From Octopus vulgaris (Eukaryota): a stretch of DNA of 64,000 nucleotides. Where the stretch lies: positions 116,126,001-116,190,000 of the forward strand of contig OX597821.1 of assembly GCA_951406725.2 (NCBI GenBank), written 5' to 3'. How positions within the stretch are numbered: position 1 is the stretch's first letter; every line of letters begins with the position of its first letter. This document shows positions 1-13,622 of the stretch, piece after piece. Position numbers and translations under genes: made by a program. The notes below the pieces were generated by a model. It did not search any database, was not told where the DNA came from, and saw only the letters and a program-made list of their open reading frames with translations.

Positions 1-161
1 TGGGCGATATATAAGAAAACCATTGAAGATTCCATTTCCGTGCATATATAAGCAGTATTTAATCTTTTTGAAAGAGCATCTTAGTATGGGGTAACATTAA
101 ATTCAGTATCGCAACCTAAAGTGCATCAAAGATTCGCTTTTGTCTGATACGTCTTAATACC

Positions 162-392
162 TATTTCTTTATTACCCACAAGGGGCTAAACACAGAGAGG
201 ACGAACACGGACAGACAAACGGATTAAGTCGATTATATCGACCCCAGTGCATAACTGGTACTTATTTAATCGACCCCGAGAGGATGAAAGGCAAAGTCGA
301 CCTCGGCGGAATTTGAACTCAGAACGAAGCGGCAGACGAAATACCGTTCAGTATTTCGCCCGGCGTGCTAACGTTTCTGCCAGCTCGCTCCC
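162..392 (-). mobile_element. SINE family A (tRNA-like head, Meta/RUDI-like central domain), full length
   Basis: Reverse complement of GCGAGCTGGCAGAAACGTTAGCACGCCGGGCGAAAT...GAGTTCAAATTCCGCCGAGGTCGACTTTGCCTTTCATCC...CCCCTTGTGGGTAATAAAGAAATA; more than a dozen similar copies in the window. Confidence 0.9.
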
Positions 393-2089
393 TTATATAC
401 ACATTTACAATTAGCTAGTTTGAACATTGAACTAGCTAGAGGCGAGTGTTGTTGCAGGAGCTCAGTGCAGTGCGGTTTCAGGTTTGACATCATGTAAATG
501 GCTTCTTCAAGTTAGAAAATATAAAGCTGAAGTACTTGTTAAATGCTGGGTCGATTTAATCCCATAAATCGTTGCCTTCGCCTAAATTAAAAAACTATTA
601 TCATCATGCGTTAACAGTTTCATGCAAGGTACAAACTTCACCGTCAGGTACACCGGCATGTTTCTGAGATATGTGCATTTGGGAGATGTAAAGGAGTTGT
701 GTTTCATCAGTGTTACATTGCTATGGGGTTTGTTATGCTTCTCTAACTACGTGCTTCATCTGTTGTGTAGAATATGTGCAATGGAAGTTCTGTTACTTAA
801 CTGCTTGGTGCATGTTGTTCCGTATGTGATGTATAATTAGTGCTGCATGGTTTTGTGTCGAGTGTTGATTGTCTAAAAGAATGGTGAGGTCCCTAAGTTA
901 CCATCAGTTAACACACCTACTATTCGGGAATTTTGTTGTAATGAATTTAATAGTTATTATTTTATTCTCTACACGTATATGTAATTCCCAATTGTCTTGT
1001 CTTGATATTATCCTACATATTTTCGCGGACCTTTTGGGGTCCATGAATTAAGTACCAGTTACGCACTGGGGTCGACTAGCCCTCGCGCCTACAATTTCAG
1101 ACCTGATAGCCTGATAGCTATACAAGGAAGGTGGGGAGGCTTTGGTCTTGTGCTGCAGTTAAAAATCCCTCCGTCTCTGCTTTGAGTCCTGAGTTTCTCA
1201 ACCATTGCTGGGATTTTCTTTGTCTATATCTTTTGCATTTAGTTTAGTCCAGTATTTGCCATGAAGGGGCTTTTCTTGGCATCGTTTTATCATGGTCCAT
1301 TGCTGTTCTAGTTTTAGTTTGGATTTCGTTTGTTTTATAGCTTTTGTTTCTTCTTCTTCTTCTTCTTCTTTACGTCACATTTCACTTATGTTATTAACGC
1401 TACTAACGAAAACCCCATTCGACGAATCAACCGTATTTTCCAGGGCTTTGTATAACATTATTGTTAGACTGGATGATATCTATATTTATCACTTGTTTAC
1501 TTTTATTAGCCTTTTGTTTTTTGTTAGCCTAATGACAAATAAATAAATAAAAACGTTCAGTTTGCTTTGAATAATCATGTAAATTATGACAAAGAATTTT
1601 CTTTTTGGTATTCTTTTTTTGTAGGAGGTTTAGTGCTGTGAGTCACGTCCGCCATTGTGCACTTCTAGTCTGGAGTAGGTCCTTCAGACTGATCCGCTTT
1701 CATTAATTCTTTGTTCTACATTTATTCATAAGATTTTATACACACACATAAACACACACCCACACATTCTCATAGATCTATTTTGTTGCTATTTAATCTC
1801 ATGTCATCTCCGTTGGTGCACACTATCTTTCAAAAAGTAGTCTAATTGTGGACTTTACAACTCTTTTTGAGCTCAGCCCACCCCTCACAACACTATTCAG
1901 ACTATCCATTTTAAAAACAGGACGGCATAACTTGAAGGAGATTTGGCTGCTGTTTCTAATAGCAAAGTTAATTTGAAGGTTGTATAGTTACATATGGGCC
2001 TAGAAACTCCTAGACACAGAAGCAACATTTACGTGTGGAAATATCAATGCGTTTGCAAAATACTTATTCATCCATCCATCCATCCATCC

Positions 2090-3330
2090 ATCCATTTTCG
2101 CCGGCCACTATTCCTAGGAGTGTTGGTGGGGGGTGCAACTCCTCTATAGGGGTCTGCCGGAAGCAGCTGACATTAGATTTGCAGCTGGATTCCCAAGCAT
2201 GACCAGCTAAGACTATGGATATTACCCAGCCATTTCGTTCTTGGTCTACCTCTGGGTCTTCTGCCGGATAGCTGAGCTTGAAGAATCTGTCATGCGATTC
2301 TTTTCCACAACATTCCAATTACATGCCTGTAGCTGTGACCTCTCAATGTAGAAAAGTATCGGCTCAACCTGGAGAGATACCCTAAATTTTACTAGACTTC
2401 TGTGTTGTAAATGGGCTCTGCATTACGAACACGTTCTACATCACAGGTGTGCCCCTGATATAAGGATACTTTGGTACAGAGGTGAGTGAGATTTTATTAT
2501 CTTCCTTGACCTCCTTGATTCTGTGCTAGACGTTCGTGTAAAGAGAGGGGCAGTACTACATCTGATCATCACCAAGTTGTCTGCAACTTGAAATTATCAA
2601 CTGCCGGGAGAACCTAGAAAACTGGCAAGTTCAACGCTATTGTAGGATAAAGTGAAAATCTGTGGCAGACGATGGGATCATAAACAAATATACGATCATT
2701 GTTGCATCCAAATTTAAAGACCTTCCAAGAAGAGACTGAAGATGTTAAAACGGAGTGGAGACTGCTTTGTTCGGCAGTTTCTTCGGCTGTACAATAGTGT
2801 GGAGAAAAACGGCTCGATGTAGTTCCAGGCAGCTAAAACAAAAACCATAGTTTAACCAGGAAGTTAAGGATGCCATCCGAGCAAAGGAAGAGACTTACAA
2901 AGCTTGGTTTGGAAACAAGTGTCCCCTTTTGATCAGTTGGTACATTGACGAGCAAACACTTACTGGAGAAACAGTACAAACGACTAAATTTAAGCCATGT
3001 GAGGACTTTGGGATGAAGCTGGATTCTGACTTTAGATTTGCCGATAAAATATTTTGGCAGACCATCTGCTAATTTCCACACCTACCATAAGAACTCCACT
3101 CTGTCTCTTCTCACTACAGATGAGTGCATTTTTGGGAGGTGAAGAGAATACTTTGCTGATCTCCGAAATGCAGTCAAGATAAAATCTGATTGATATCAGG
3201 TGAATCTAGGGGCGAAGGCTAACCTCACAGAAGCTGAAATCATAAAGGCGATTAAAGTGCTTCCTTGTGGCAAGGCCGCTAGAGAGGAGGAAATTTGGCA
3301 CGAGGTGCTAAAAAACTTAAACGAGCATAG
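2090..3330 (+). mobile_element. Decayed RTE-clade LINE (APE endonuclease to start of RT)
   Basis: Disrupted frames give DFII...LDVRVKRGA, SDHH-VV and GKAA-E-EI-HEVLK motifs; many stops and frameshifts; preceded by (CCAT)n. Confidence 0.7.
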
Positions 3331-4109
3331 TAATGTATGAATTAGAGGCCCACGAAGTAGCGTTGACTGAAATATAGTTCCGTTCAGCTATATTTCACAT
3401 TTTCGTATACACTCGGACATAGAAAGACAATACACTGTACAAGTTGTCTCGGGAGAAGGACTTCTTAAGGACAATATGGGGGTAAATACACCAATAGACA
3501 ATGTATGATGTCATCGAACCTTAGGACGCATTCTTCAATTATGGATTTAAAGCAAAGTTTTATATATTAGAATCAGAGGTAGTCTCAGTCGGGGTTGGTG
3601 CCAAAAGCTTGGCAGTGCGATTCTCTGTTTAGTTGGTTGATTAGTTGTCGACATATCCTTTGAAGAGAATTTGTGTCGAGATTCAAGATTAGGACGTTGG
3701 TGTCCCCTTACAATTTTTAAGTGGAGCTAGAGTGTCTTCTTCAAAACTTATATGTAATATTATGCAAATGAACCAGCTGTTCTTAAGCAGCAGATTCTTC
3801 CACTTTCTTCTTTTTCCCTCTCATCTCTATCCACACTGTGGCTGTAGAATATAAAGTAGAACAAGCGTTTTTATATGTCACATGTTGATGTTTTGACGTC
3901 AAAAGAGTTTTCAGAACGAGTTAGGGACTAGAATTCTGAATTTCGGTGAATATGAATAGGGTGCGAAGGGTACTTCAGGATACTTAATTATCGGCATATT
4001 ACTATCTTCAAACCAATTAAAAGGGTTTTTTTTTTCTTTCGTGGGAGATAAATGCAAACACAAGAAAATACATTCAGTCATTGTTGCCATATATGCGGAA
4101 CACAACAAT

Positions 4110-5150
4110 TAAGAATTTGCCAACTATCTAAATGTTGCAAGATCTTTTGTTAGCAAAGATGAGATACAATAGTATGCCTCTGGAGGAAAGGTTTCAATTG
4201 CATCAAAGAGAATAGAAAAAACAATCTGAACATTCAGACACTATAAAGACACTGCAATTCTTCCAACAGGTTCAAAACATTATAGTTGATGATCCTGGAA
4301 ATCAACGAGAGCAGTCGCCATAAATCTTTAGGTGTCGGGGTGATCTGTAGTGTATGAAGACATTCGATTTAAGTCGTATGTACCGAAGAGAATCCAATTC
4401 ATATCTACGAAAGGTCACAAGGAAACAATTTTTTCCGTGTCAAGCGGTTACTTAACGGTGTTAAAACCCATTACGAACATGGCACGCTTCGGTTCTTTTC
4501 TGATGAGAAAATTTTCGATCAAGATTAAAACACTAGCAGAAATGACAAATGGTTATGTGCGGATTCTTCTATTGTCCACATAGTGATACGCTCTAGGTTT
4601 TCAGCGACTGTAATTGTGAGTAATGAAGGTCATGCCATTTTACCTCCTATCTTTCCACAAGGTCAGATAGTTTATGCTACTGAATACTTTGAAGTACTGG
4701 AGACAGTTGTGAAGTCTTAAATGGATAAAGTTAGCAGTGGAAGGGTTATGTAGTGTTTCAACAAGACTCAGCATCTCCTCACGAAACCCTCGTAACCCCA
4801 AAATATATTAGACAATATTTAAGACCATGTAACATCAAACTTACAGCCGTTAAACTCACCACATCTAAATCGCATGGACTACTAGGTTTGGTGCATTGTG
4901 GAAAGGGGAACTAATCTATATCCTCAAAATACCATAGCTTCGCTGAAGGCCGCCATTGTCTAAAGTGAATAAAAACCTTTTAGTGCGGATATGTCAAAGA
5001 CTCTGTCTCCATATTAAAATAGTCATCGAAGTGGAAGGTAGAATCATCGAATAACCGTATAAGAAAGCTTATCGAGAACATATACATTTCGTTTTTGCTA
5101 CATTAGAGTTGGTTATTAAATTACCAAATATGTCCTCAAATACCCCTCGC
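4110..5150 (+). mobile_element. Decayed Tc1/mariner transposase, DD37D (maT)-type
   Basis: FSDEKIFDQD (~4496), FQQDSASPH (~4757), NSPHLNRMDY*VW (~4853); disrupted; TIRs not resolved. Confidence 0.75.
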
Positions 5151-6117
5151 ATTTCGTAGTGAGAATATAGCATGGGCATAGACATTCCTGTGTGATTAAG
5201 AAGTTTGCTTCTCAATTAAAAGGTAATTTCCCTGGTAATTGTTTTCTACAATATGTTTGGTTAGTCCAAGTCTTGTAAATGAAATTCAGTAGACACTTCG
5301 TGGAAGCTCGTCGGAAACACAGTCTCTGTTCTTGGGTGTTAGGCTTCATCCTTTACCTGGCCTAAGACCATCATCTCAGCTTTAGATACATTTAGCAAAG
5401 ACCACTTTATTGTAAGCATTCAGACATCTCTGATCTCATAGTAATTCTTTCTTTCCTCGTTATTCTTTTGACGACTCTCAAGAAGGTCATAATCAGAGTC
5501 CTTTCTCCTTTAACTAAACAACAACACTGTCTTTACTTGACCTGTCCACGGTGATAACCTATGCGTTCTCTTGTACCCATTTATAGATATATAAAATTGA
5601 TTAATCAGTAATAGTTCAGAGCGTTGATGGTGGATGTGTAGCGGTAGCTAAATAGCTGAATGATCTCCCTTTTCTAAGTTTCTTAAAGCATCTGTGTCAT
5701 GAGACGTGATTCTTAATTATTCAAGAAACTTAGCGTTTCTCTTAGAAGTTTCTAGAATGTCTAGCATTCCATTAATAAAAACAGCATGCTAACCCAAATC
5801 TTCGCTTCTTAGTCGATTAGACTTAGAGCCATTCACGTCATTGCTATGTCTGTCTGTTTCTCTACGCCACATGACTGAAAACCACCGCTTAGCTGTTATT
5901 TCTACATTTTCTAATTCTGAACTTTCTTGCATAGATTTCTTCGTTCAACTAGATTCTACATTTTGATTCTATGTATCATCATCGATCAGTAAATAAAAAA
6001 TATTTTTATGTAGTAAATATATAGAGCTGGAATTTATTCTTCATCTCTTTATGTAATAACTTACACGTAGCCACATCAACACCTTGTACTGACTATATAT
6101 ATTTCCATTACAGCATA

Positions 6118-6395
6118 GGCGGCGAGCTGGCAGGAGCGTTAGCGCGGCGAGCTGGCAGGAGCGTTAGCGCGGCGAGCTGGCAGGAGCGTTAGCGCGCCGA
6201 GCGAAATGCTTTGCGGTATTCCGTCTGCCGTTACGTTCTGAGTTCAAATTCCGCCGAGGTCGACTTTGCCTTTCATCCTTTCGGGGTCGATAAATAAAGT
6301 ACCAGTTGCGCACTGGGGTTGATGTAATCGACTTAATCCCTTTGTCTGTTTTTGTTTGTCCCCTGTATGTTTAGCCCCTTGTGGGCAATAACGAA
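6118..6395 (+). mobile_element. SINE family A with triplicated 25-bp head and 19-bp TSD
   Basis: GGCGAGCTGGCAGGAGCGTTAGCGC x3 (6121-6195); flanking direct repeat ATATATATTTCCATTACAG at 6095-6113 and 6396-6414. Confidence 0.9.
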
Positions 6396-6849
6396 ATATA
6401 TATTTCCATTACAGACTCAACACTGAGAATAAGAAGCAGACGATCGAACCTCCATTCAATAATCTCGCTGCAACTGTATAGCCATTGATTGGTTGCAACA
6501 GGACAGTCATTCGAAAGACTGATAATTTTTCTGTTCACCAGATGATTTTCTTAGCATTCGAAATGATTAAACATGCTGATGCTGAGAGTGTTACTTGCCA
6601 CTTAATGACCCTTATGGTTATTTCAATAGCTGCTGGTCATAACAGGAAACCGTAAAATCGCTAGTTAGCAAGAATGACCGGAAGCCGGCGCGGAAACACT
6701 TTCACTTTTATCAACAATGTTAGCCGGTACAATTTCAAGAACATTTAATGCAATGAAACACCATAATGCCTTATAGTTTTATTGCTTCTCTTGCAGAATT
6801 CTACTATATTATATCCAGTATTATAATATCGGTTTCATATTTTTAGCAT

Positions 6850-7043
6850 CGGACCTGCATTTTCGGGGAAAGGGGCAAATCGATTACATCAACCCGAGGA
6901 CAACAACTGGTATTTATTTTATCAATCTTGAAAGGATGAAAAGCAGTCGACCTCGGTGGTGTTTGATCTCAGAACGTGAAAAGGGACGAAATACCGCTAA
7001 GCATTTTACCCGGCGTGATAACGATTCCGCTCGCTCGTTGCCT
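6850..7043 (-). mobile_element. Diverged SINE family A copy
   Basis: AAAGGATGAAAAGCAGTCGACCTCGGTGG...GAAATACCGCTAAGC matches family A. Confidence 0.75.
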
Positions 7044-7536
7044 CAGACAGTATTATGCTATTAAAAAGCAGTTACTTACTTTGCGACTCACCAATTTCAC
7101 AACAATGTTTATATTGTATCTTATTACCAAAAACAGCGTGAGGGAAATTGCTGTTTCGTGTATTTGTTTAGATTTTATACTTATTTAGGAAGGAGTTTTA
7201 CTGACTTTTGGTGGTATTGTTTTTTCGGCACGACCAACTTCATACTCTATTTGTAATATTGCTGCTTATCTATTTATTCAGTTATTTATTATATGATCCT
7301 TTTTACTCTTTAAATATGAAATACAAAGGCGATTCTTGTATGTTTGAACTGAAAAAATATGAACTACTGAATTAGATTGCGTAAAATATTCAACTTGGGT
7401 CTGCAGCGTACTCTTCAGATTTTAAGATATTGAGTTCTTTTGATTTAGACTGGGCCAAATGTAGTTGGGGGAATGTAATGGGTTGAGTGTCTTCAGGTTA
7501 TTACTAGTACATATTTTATTGGTTTAAAATTTTTTT

Positions 7537-7734
7537 CACAAGGCCAGCGATTTCGGGTCAGATGACAGGTTGATCACATCAATCCCAGTGTTCAACGGGT
7601 ACTCATTCTGTCGACTCCGAAAGGATGAAAGGCAAAGTCAACCTCCACGGAATTTGAACTCAGAACGTGAAGACGGACGAAATGCCGCTAAGAATTTTAC
7701 CAGGCATGCTAACGATTCTGCCAGCTCGCCGCCT
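7537..7734 (-). mobile_element. SINE family A copy (older tail variant)
   Basis: GAAAGGATGAAAGGCAAAGTC...CTGCCAGCTCGCCGCC. Confidence 0.85.
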
Positions 7735-10700
7735 TAATAGTAGATATTTTATTGATAAGTAGTAAAATATAAGGAAAGTCTACGTGTGTGGAATTTGATC
7801 TCTGAAGGCTAGAGGACGGAACTAATTGCTGTAATGTAATTAGTACGGTTCTCTACCGTTTCGTGTAACTCGCTGCAATGTTGTAAACTCTGATCACTGA
7901 GATTAAAAAAAAAATTAAGCTCCGTCGGATGTCGGTTAAAAGGTCTCACAATTCCGTGGCCTTTCAGTAACTCTGCACTATCTCCACGGTCAAAGTAATT
8001 GGTTTTGTAATTACACCAGTATAACTTGTTGCCTTACCATATATAGGTTTATATTTATTACTATAATGTGGGTGTATTATATATGCGGCACGAGTTTTAT
8101 TAGCTTGCAGGACTAAGTTGAAATCCTTCCAAGAGTGAGCATTAGAGTATGGCAGGTTATATAAAGGTGAAAACGAGTTTAGTTACCTAGGGACGCCAAC
8201 TACATAAAGAACAAAATTTAAGTTAGTGTTAATATATTTAATGTAGTGAACATCAAAAATATAATTCTAATTACTTATACGGAGAAGCAACATGATCTTT
8301 GTAACTAATGATATTTTAATGATATTGGCTTGTACGGGCGAAAATTCTGGACAAAATTCAGTCTTGATAGATCGCCTCAGCAAAACATACATTTCGAAGT
8401 GAAGTGATAATGAAAGGATTAGTGAACAAATCGTTATCTTTTCCTTGTCTGTTTCTCATTGCATGAGTATTTCTAATTACATTTTTAAATTATTTTATGT
8501 CCGCAATATTTAATATACTAATACGAACTTAAAATATAAGGATGATATATTCATCAGGTGATCCCCCGACCAGATGAGTTATAGAGCTCGCTCAAATGTA
8601 TCCAGTAAAAATAACAATAATAATATATGTTATTCACCTACATACTCCATACCTCGTTGATATAAACGTTAACAGCCACATTTAACCCTGCAGGAATTAG
8701 AACTCGAAGATATATACGAATAAATACTAATCCATTATTTTTATATATTTTCTCCAATAGTAATCATGCGTTGAATCAAAATTCATAATATCTAATTTCC
8801 GTTACAATCGTTTTTAGTACTAAATGTTTTCTTTACCTTATTTTCGTGATAAAAATCCCGCGAAGAACGTTCATGGAAATAAACTCTTAGTTCCGTCTCG
8901 TTGGTTTGCTAATAGCATTATGGGAATGATTCAAATAAGTATACTTCAACACATTTACAAAACACCTACAGGCATGCTACCTTGTAAATATTTATTATGT
9001 CGCTTTTAACCAAATCTACATGCCCGATAAAGCATGGAAATAACTATTAGTAAAACGTCGGAAATGAGGAAAATATTTCGGATTTGAGGGAACAATAATG
9101 GAATGGAAATTGGCGAGATATAGCATGAGTGAACTCACGAGGGGTCATGCATTTATGGTATTATATAAATATGGTAGATTTCTTAGAGAATTTCAACAAA
9201 TCATTATATGAACGCAAAATAGGAATCGAATAGTGCTTAGTTGATGAACATTTACAAGCGTATGCAGCCTGCTACTTTATACGTAATCAACAGGTATTAA
9301 ATATGTTTAATAATAACAATGTTTAAGATAAGTTACGGTCAATACATAATTTTGATGTTCAAAATGCTGCAAGCATTTCGTTTAGTTCCTGATTGCAATT
9401 CACCTTCCAGGAGTAAGTCAGGTGTAATTTCAAATAGAAACCGCGATAGACATTTTACCAAATCCGGTGAATTAAAAATCAAATGAGTTTAGTATTGGAA
9501 TACTGTTTACAACCAGTGGAAATATGCCTCATCTATAGCATGCATATTTCTTCTCAACATGATCTTCCCATCAAATATCATCTACCTTTGCATGAGATAA
9601 AACTAATTTTAGCCTACGAAGGAGCCTATAAATGGTTGATTGACCTCCTAGAAATAGCAATCAGGTCTTTCTCAAACCGTGACAATTTGTAAATATACAG
9701 AGAGAAAGACTGTTACATCTAGAACAACCTTTATTATATGGTTTAGATTAGGGCTAGTCTGTGGCTTAAACAACAGCTCATTTTAGCATACCTCCACCTA
9801 ATATGCCACATTAGGGTCAGTGGAAGTTAAGCTAAATGATTGAAGACAGATGCTTGTATTATTAGAGTGACCATATTGACAATAACTCCATCCTCAGAAA
9901 TTCGCAATCTTTTCTTGACAGATATTGTTTTACCCCAAAACACAAAGGTAGAGATGCAAAGGAGTTGAACTCATAATCCATAAGCTTGTAGATCTTATGT
10001 ATTATCAATCCAGCCGTTCCACTCACTTGTACGTTATAGGTCTGATATAAGATTAAATAGTTGTGTTTACTGACCATAGAATATAATTGATTGTCGTAAG
10101 AAGATCCTTTTAAGAAAAGAATTGTTCTCCCACGCAAAGACGGATGTAGCTGCTAGAAATAATAATAAAAGAATAAGTTTCTTAGAAGAGCCGGAAAAGA
10201 GATTGGGTAGATCTGCTATTAATAGCATCTCATTTGTTTTCTCTGTAATTTGTTTTAATAAATAATGGTTAAAAGGGAAAAAAGAACAAGAAAAAAAAAC
10301 GGTAGAACTCCCGATTAAATGCTTTTGAAATATTTCAGTTTATCATTCGGTTCTGGGTTTATGATATTTTCCTTCTCTCAGAAGTTGAAAGAAATACCAG
10401 TAATGTAACTGAACTATTTCAATAAATCATTTGAAGTACAAAAACTATACATCAGTGTACGACAAAGTGGAATGACCTTAAATGGGAATAAATAACGTAT
10501 AACAGAATCGACTCCATAAGCTTAATTCTTGCGCTACCGCATATCAGAAAGTGTCACATTACCGAACAATTGGTCATTGGACTTTATTTTGTGTCACCTG
10601 TCTTTAGACTCAATTTTTATTACCTTTCTTTCAGTCCATAACAGATGTTATTGACAGGCCCTCCTTTATCTGCAATTCGACCTGTTACTATCAAAATTTA

Positions 10701-11505
10701 AAAATAAATCTTTTTTGCGACCGGAGTATAAATAGTCAGTAATCGATATCAATCACCTCCGTCAATAATTCTTGGCCTTGAATATTTCTTCACTTTTCAG
10801 TACCGAGCTGAAACATTACCATGGTTACAGTTTAGATATGAATTCTATTGATCACATCTGGAATATCCATGCATCAAATTACTAATTTCTCTTAAATTCG
10901 ATTTATACGTTTTTAGCAGACATAAAATTATGGTTTCGAAAGGAAGGGCTATACTCATTGGGTCCGCCATGAAGTGATAAAGAGTAAAACGACCATTATG
11001 TAATTTTGTCTATTTCGGAATATAAACGGACGAAACTATATGTTTTATCTAGCATTTTTGCTAATCTTCAGCTTTATGAAATTGATAAAACATTTTTAGA
11101 AAATGGGAAGGGCATTGATGGTGTAAATGATGCACCATTGCTTCGACACAACTTCAGTTTGTTGGAAGATTGCTATTTGTTATAGAGATATTGATTGATA
11201 CCAAAGATATATTAAAATCACAGAGACTATAAACCAGTGAACTGGACCAGTACCGTACCACACAAACCAGCATTCAAATTTCACTGGAGGATCGATAAAA
11301 CAAGTATCAGTGATATATTTAGAAGTCTCATCTGATCAAGTTGATGAAATGTCGGCAAGCTAATTGTAAAAATTATAGTCCATGCGATAACACCACGGCC
11401 AGAACCCTTTGTTCTTGCTGGGTTTAGTCTACCTAACATAAATATGCATCAAATCCTGGTACATGTATATATCTAAGTGTGTGTGTGTTTGTGTGTGCAA
11501 GGGAG

Positions 11506-11566
<61 letters not shown>

Positions 11567-11568
<2 letters not shown>

Positions 11569-11975
11569 CGCAGAAGTGGCTGTGTGGTAAGTAGCTTGTT
11601 TACCAACCACATGGTTCCGGGTTCAGTCTCACTGCGTGGCACCTTGGGCAAGTGTCTTCTTCTATAGCCTCGGGCCGACCAAAGCCTTGTGAGTGGATTT
11701 GGTAGACGGAAACTGAAAGAAGCCCGTCGTATATATGTATATATATATATGCGTGTATGTTTGTGTGTCTGTGCTTGTACCCCTAGCATTGCTTGACAAC
11801 CGATGCTGGTGTGTTTATGTCCCCGTTACTTAGCGGTTCGGCAAAAGAGACCGATAGAATAAGTACTGGGCTTACAAAAGAATAAGTCCCGGGGTCGAGT
11901 TGCTTGATTAAAGGCAGTGCTCCAGCATGGCCGCAGTCAAATGACTGAAACAAGTAAAAGAGTAAAAGAGTAAAG
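11567..11975 (+). mobile_element. SINE family B (tRNA-like head, CORE-like ACCTTGGGCAAGT, internal microsatellite), full length
   Basis: A-box-like TGGCTGTGTGG, B-box-like GGTTCAGTC, internal (TA)/(TG) tract, tail ending (GTAAAAGA)n; sits between (TA)n tracts. Confidence 0.9.
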
Positions 11976-12043
<68 letters not shown>

Positions 12044-12340
12044 GAAGGAGACAAACACCCCCAACCGCCGGAACTGCATCTAGGGACACCGTGTTTCAGG
12101 ATCATTGTCCTTCATCGGCCATGAAGGACAATGATCCTGAAACACGGTGTCCCTAGGTTGGGGGTGTTTGTCTCCCCTTCGTATGTGTATATAAGGACAC
12201 AGGATAAAATGTGTCGAAGCTGTCAGGAGGCGTTCGATGCCTCCTAGGGCTATATAACGGTGGTGTACCCCCTACTGTCACGTTCTTGTTAGATTGACAG
12301 TATACAACCATTATATCGCTCCACCACCGTACACCTCTCT
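12044..12340. repeat. Foldback of a Penelope-like terminal repeat containing a hammerhead-like core
   Basis: Perfect 36-bp arms at 12080-12115 and 12121-12156, plus outer arms at 12044-12066 and 12156-12180; GATGA-AGGA(caatga)TCCT-GAAAC..GTC. Confidence 0.65.
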
Positions 12341-12402
12341 ACGAGAGATTTAGAAACTCAATATTTCTTATTTTGATAATCAGTGAATAGACTTCACTGA
12401 AT

Positions 12403-12433
<31 letters not shown>

Positions 12434-12536
12434 GATAGATAGACAGACAGTCAGAAACAGAGAGACAGAGGGAGGGAGAATGAAAGAAAGAAATAACCCC
12501 TATTAAGTAGATCTGAAGTAGATTTATCATATTAAA

Positions 12537-12773
12537 GGAGGCGCTATGGCCCAGTGGTTAGGGCAGCGGACTTGCGGTCGGAGGATCGCGGTTTCGATTC
12601 CCAGACCGGGCGTTGTGTGTGTTTATTGAGCGAAAACACCTAAAAGCTCCACGAGGCTCCGGCAGGGGATGGTGGTGATCCCTGTTGTACTCTTTCACCA
12701 CTCTAAAGGCGGTGCTCCAGCATGGCCGCAGTCAAATGACTGAAACAAGTACAAAAAAAAAAAAAAAAAAAAA
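12537..12773 (+). mobile_element. Chimeric SINE: family C head fused to family B 3' end and poly(A)
   Basis: tRNA-like TGGCCCAGTGGTTAGGGCAGCGG...GGTTTCGATTCCC to ~12704, then AAAGGCGGTGCTCCAGCATGGCCGCAGTCAAATGACTGAAACAAGTA and an A-tract. Confidence 0.8.
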
Positions 12774-13467
12774 GTAAAATATTCAAGTAGTGCTCAAACT
12801 GACCAATAGATTATGAGATTCAGTTTCATACGCAGAGAGGAACTAATTACTTTGAGCCTAATCAAGATTAATATCAATATTTCATCGCATTAAATACTAT
12901 AGAATAACATCGAAAACGTTACTATGATTTCAATCTGCACGGAGTATTTGTTTGTAAAAGATAACAACTAAGTGATCCGGGTTTTGTAACCAGTTTCACT
13001 TCTTGATTTTCTTCCTTCGCACAGATAGATTCATTGAAGAGATATGAACGTCACAATTTCACACGTTCTGTCTCAATTGAAATGCATAATCTTTGTGCCT
13101 TGTAAAAAGAAACCAAAATATATAACAGCCAATGGATTGATACAACACAGGAATGCTAGATTAAATGACCTTTCTACAAAAGAGTGTGTATCAATGCATC
13201 TAACGTTCTTTTATGTGTCTTTATCTGCAATCCACATAGGAAAAAAAAAAAGAATTCACGAACAAGCTTCGGAAAGTACTGCAGGCTGTTCCTATTTAAC
13301 TTTATTTAATCTCTATCATTTCAGAAAAAAATACTTATTTATCCAACTTTGCATTGCTATCAATGACATTCTTTTATTAAAGTTTTCGGTGAGCTGAATA
13401 TTTGATTTTTGTTCATAATTATAACAATTTCACTTCATGTAAGTCACTAAGACAAATATGATACCAT

Positions 13468-13622
13468 GAAACAACAACAACAACGGCAGCAACAGCAGCA
13501 GTAGCAGCAGCAGCAAGAAGAAGAAGAAAAAGAAGAAGAAAAAGAAGAAGAAGAAGAAGAAGAAGAAGAAGAAGGAGGAGGAGGAGGAGAAGAAGAACAA
13601 AAACAACAACAACAACAACAAT
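13468..13622. repeat. Compound trinucleotide microsatellite (CAA/CAG/AGA/GGA/CAA)
   Basis: Directly visible. Confidence 0.95.

Noticed and set aside
3340-11400. Semi-open frames and splice-like signals in non-repeat stretches (e.g. 3911-4108, 5600-5950, 9862-10155; also 19600-20040)
   Set aside because: No recognisable motifs, in-frame stops and no consistent exon chain; blastx or RNA-seq would be needed
12540-12612. tRNA-like sequences (also ~32335, ~63720 and SINE A/B heads)
   Set aside because: They continue into SINE bodies and lack a clean acceptor stem and terminator, so they are not called as tRNA genes
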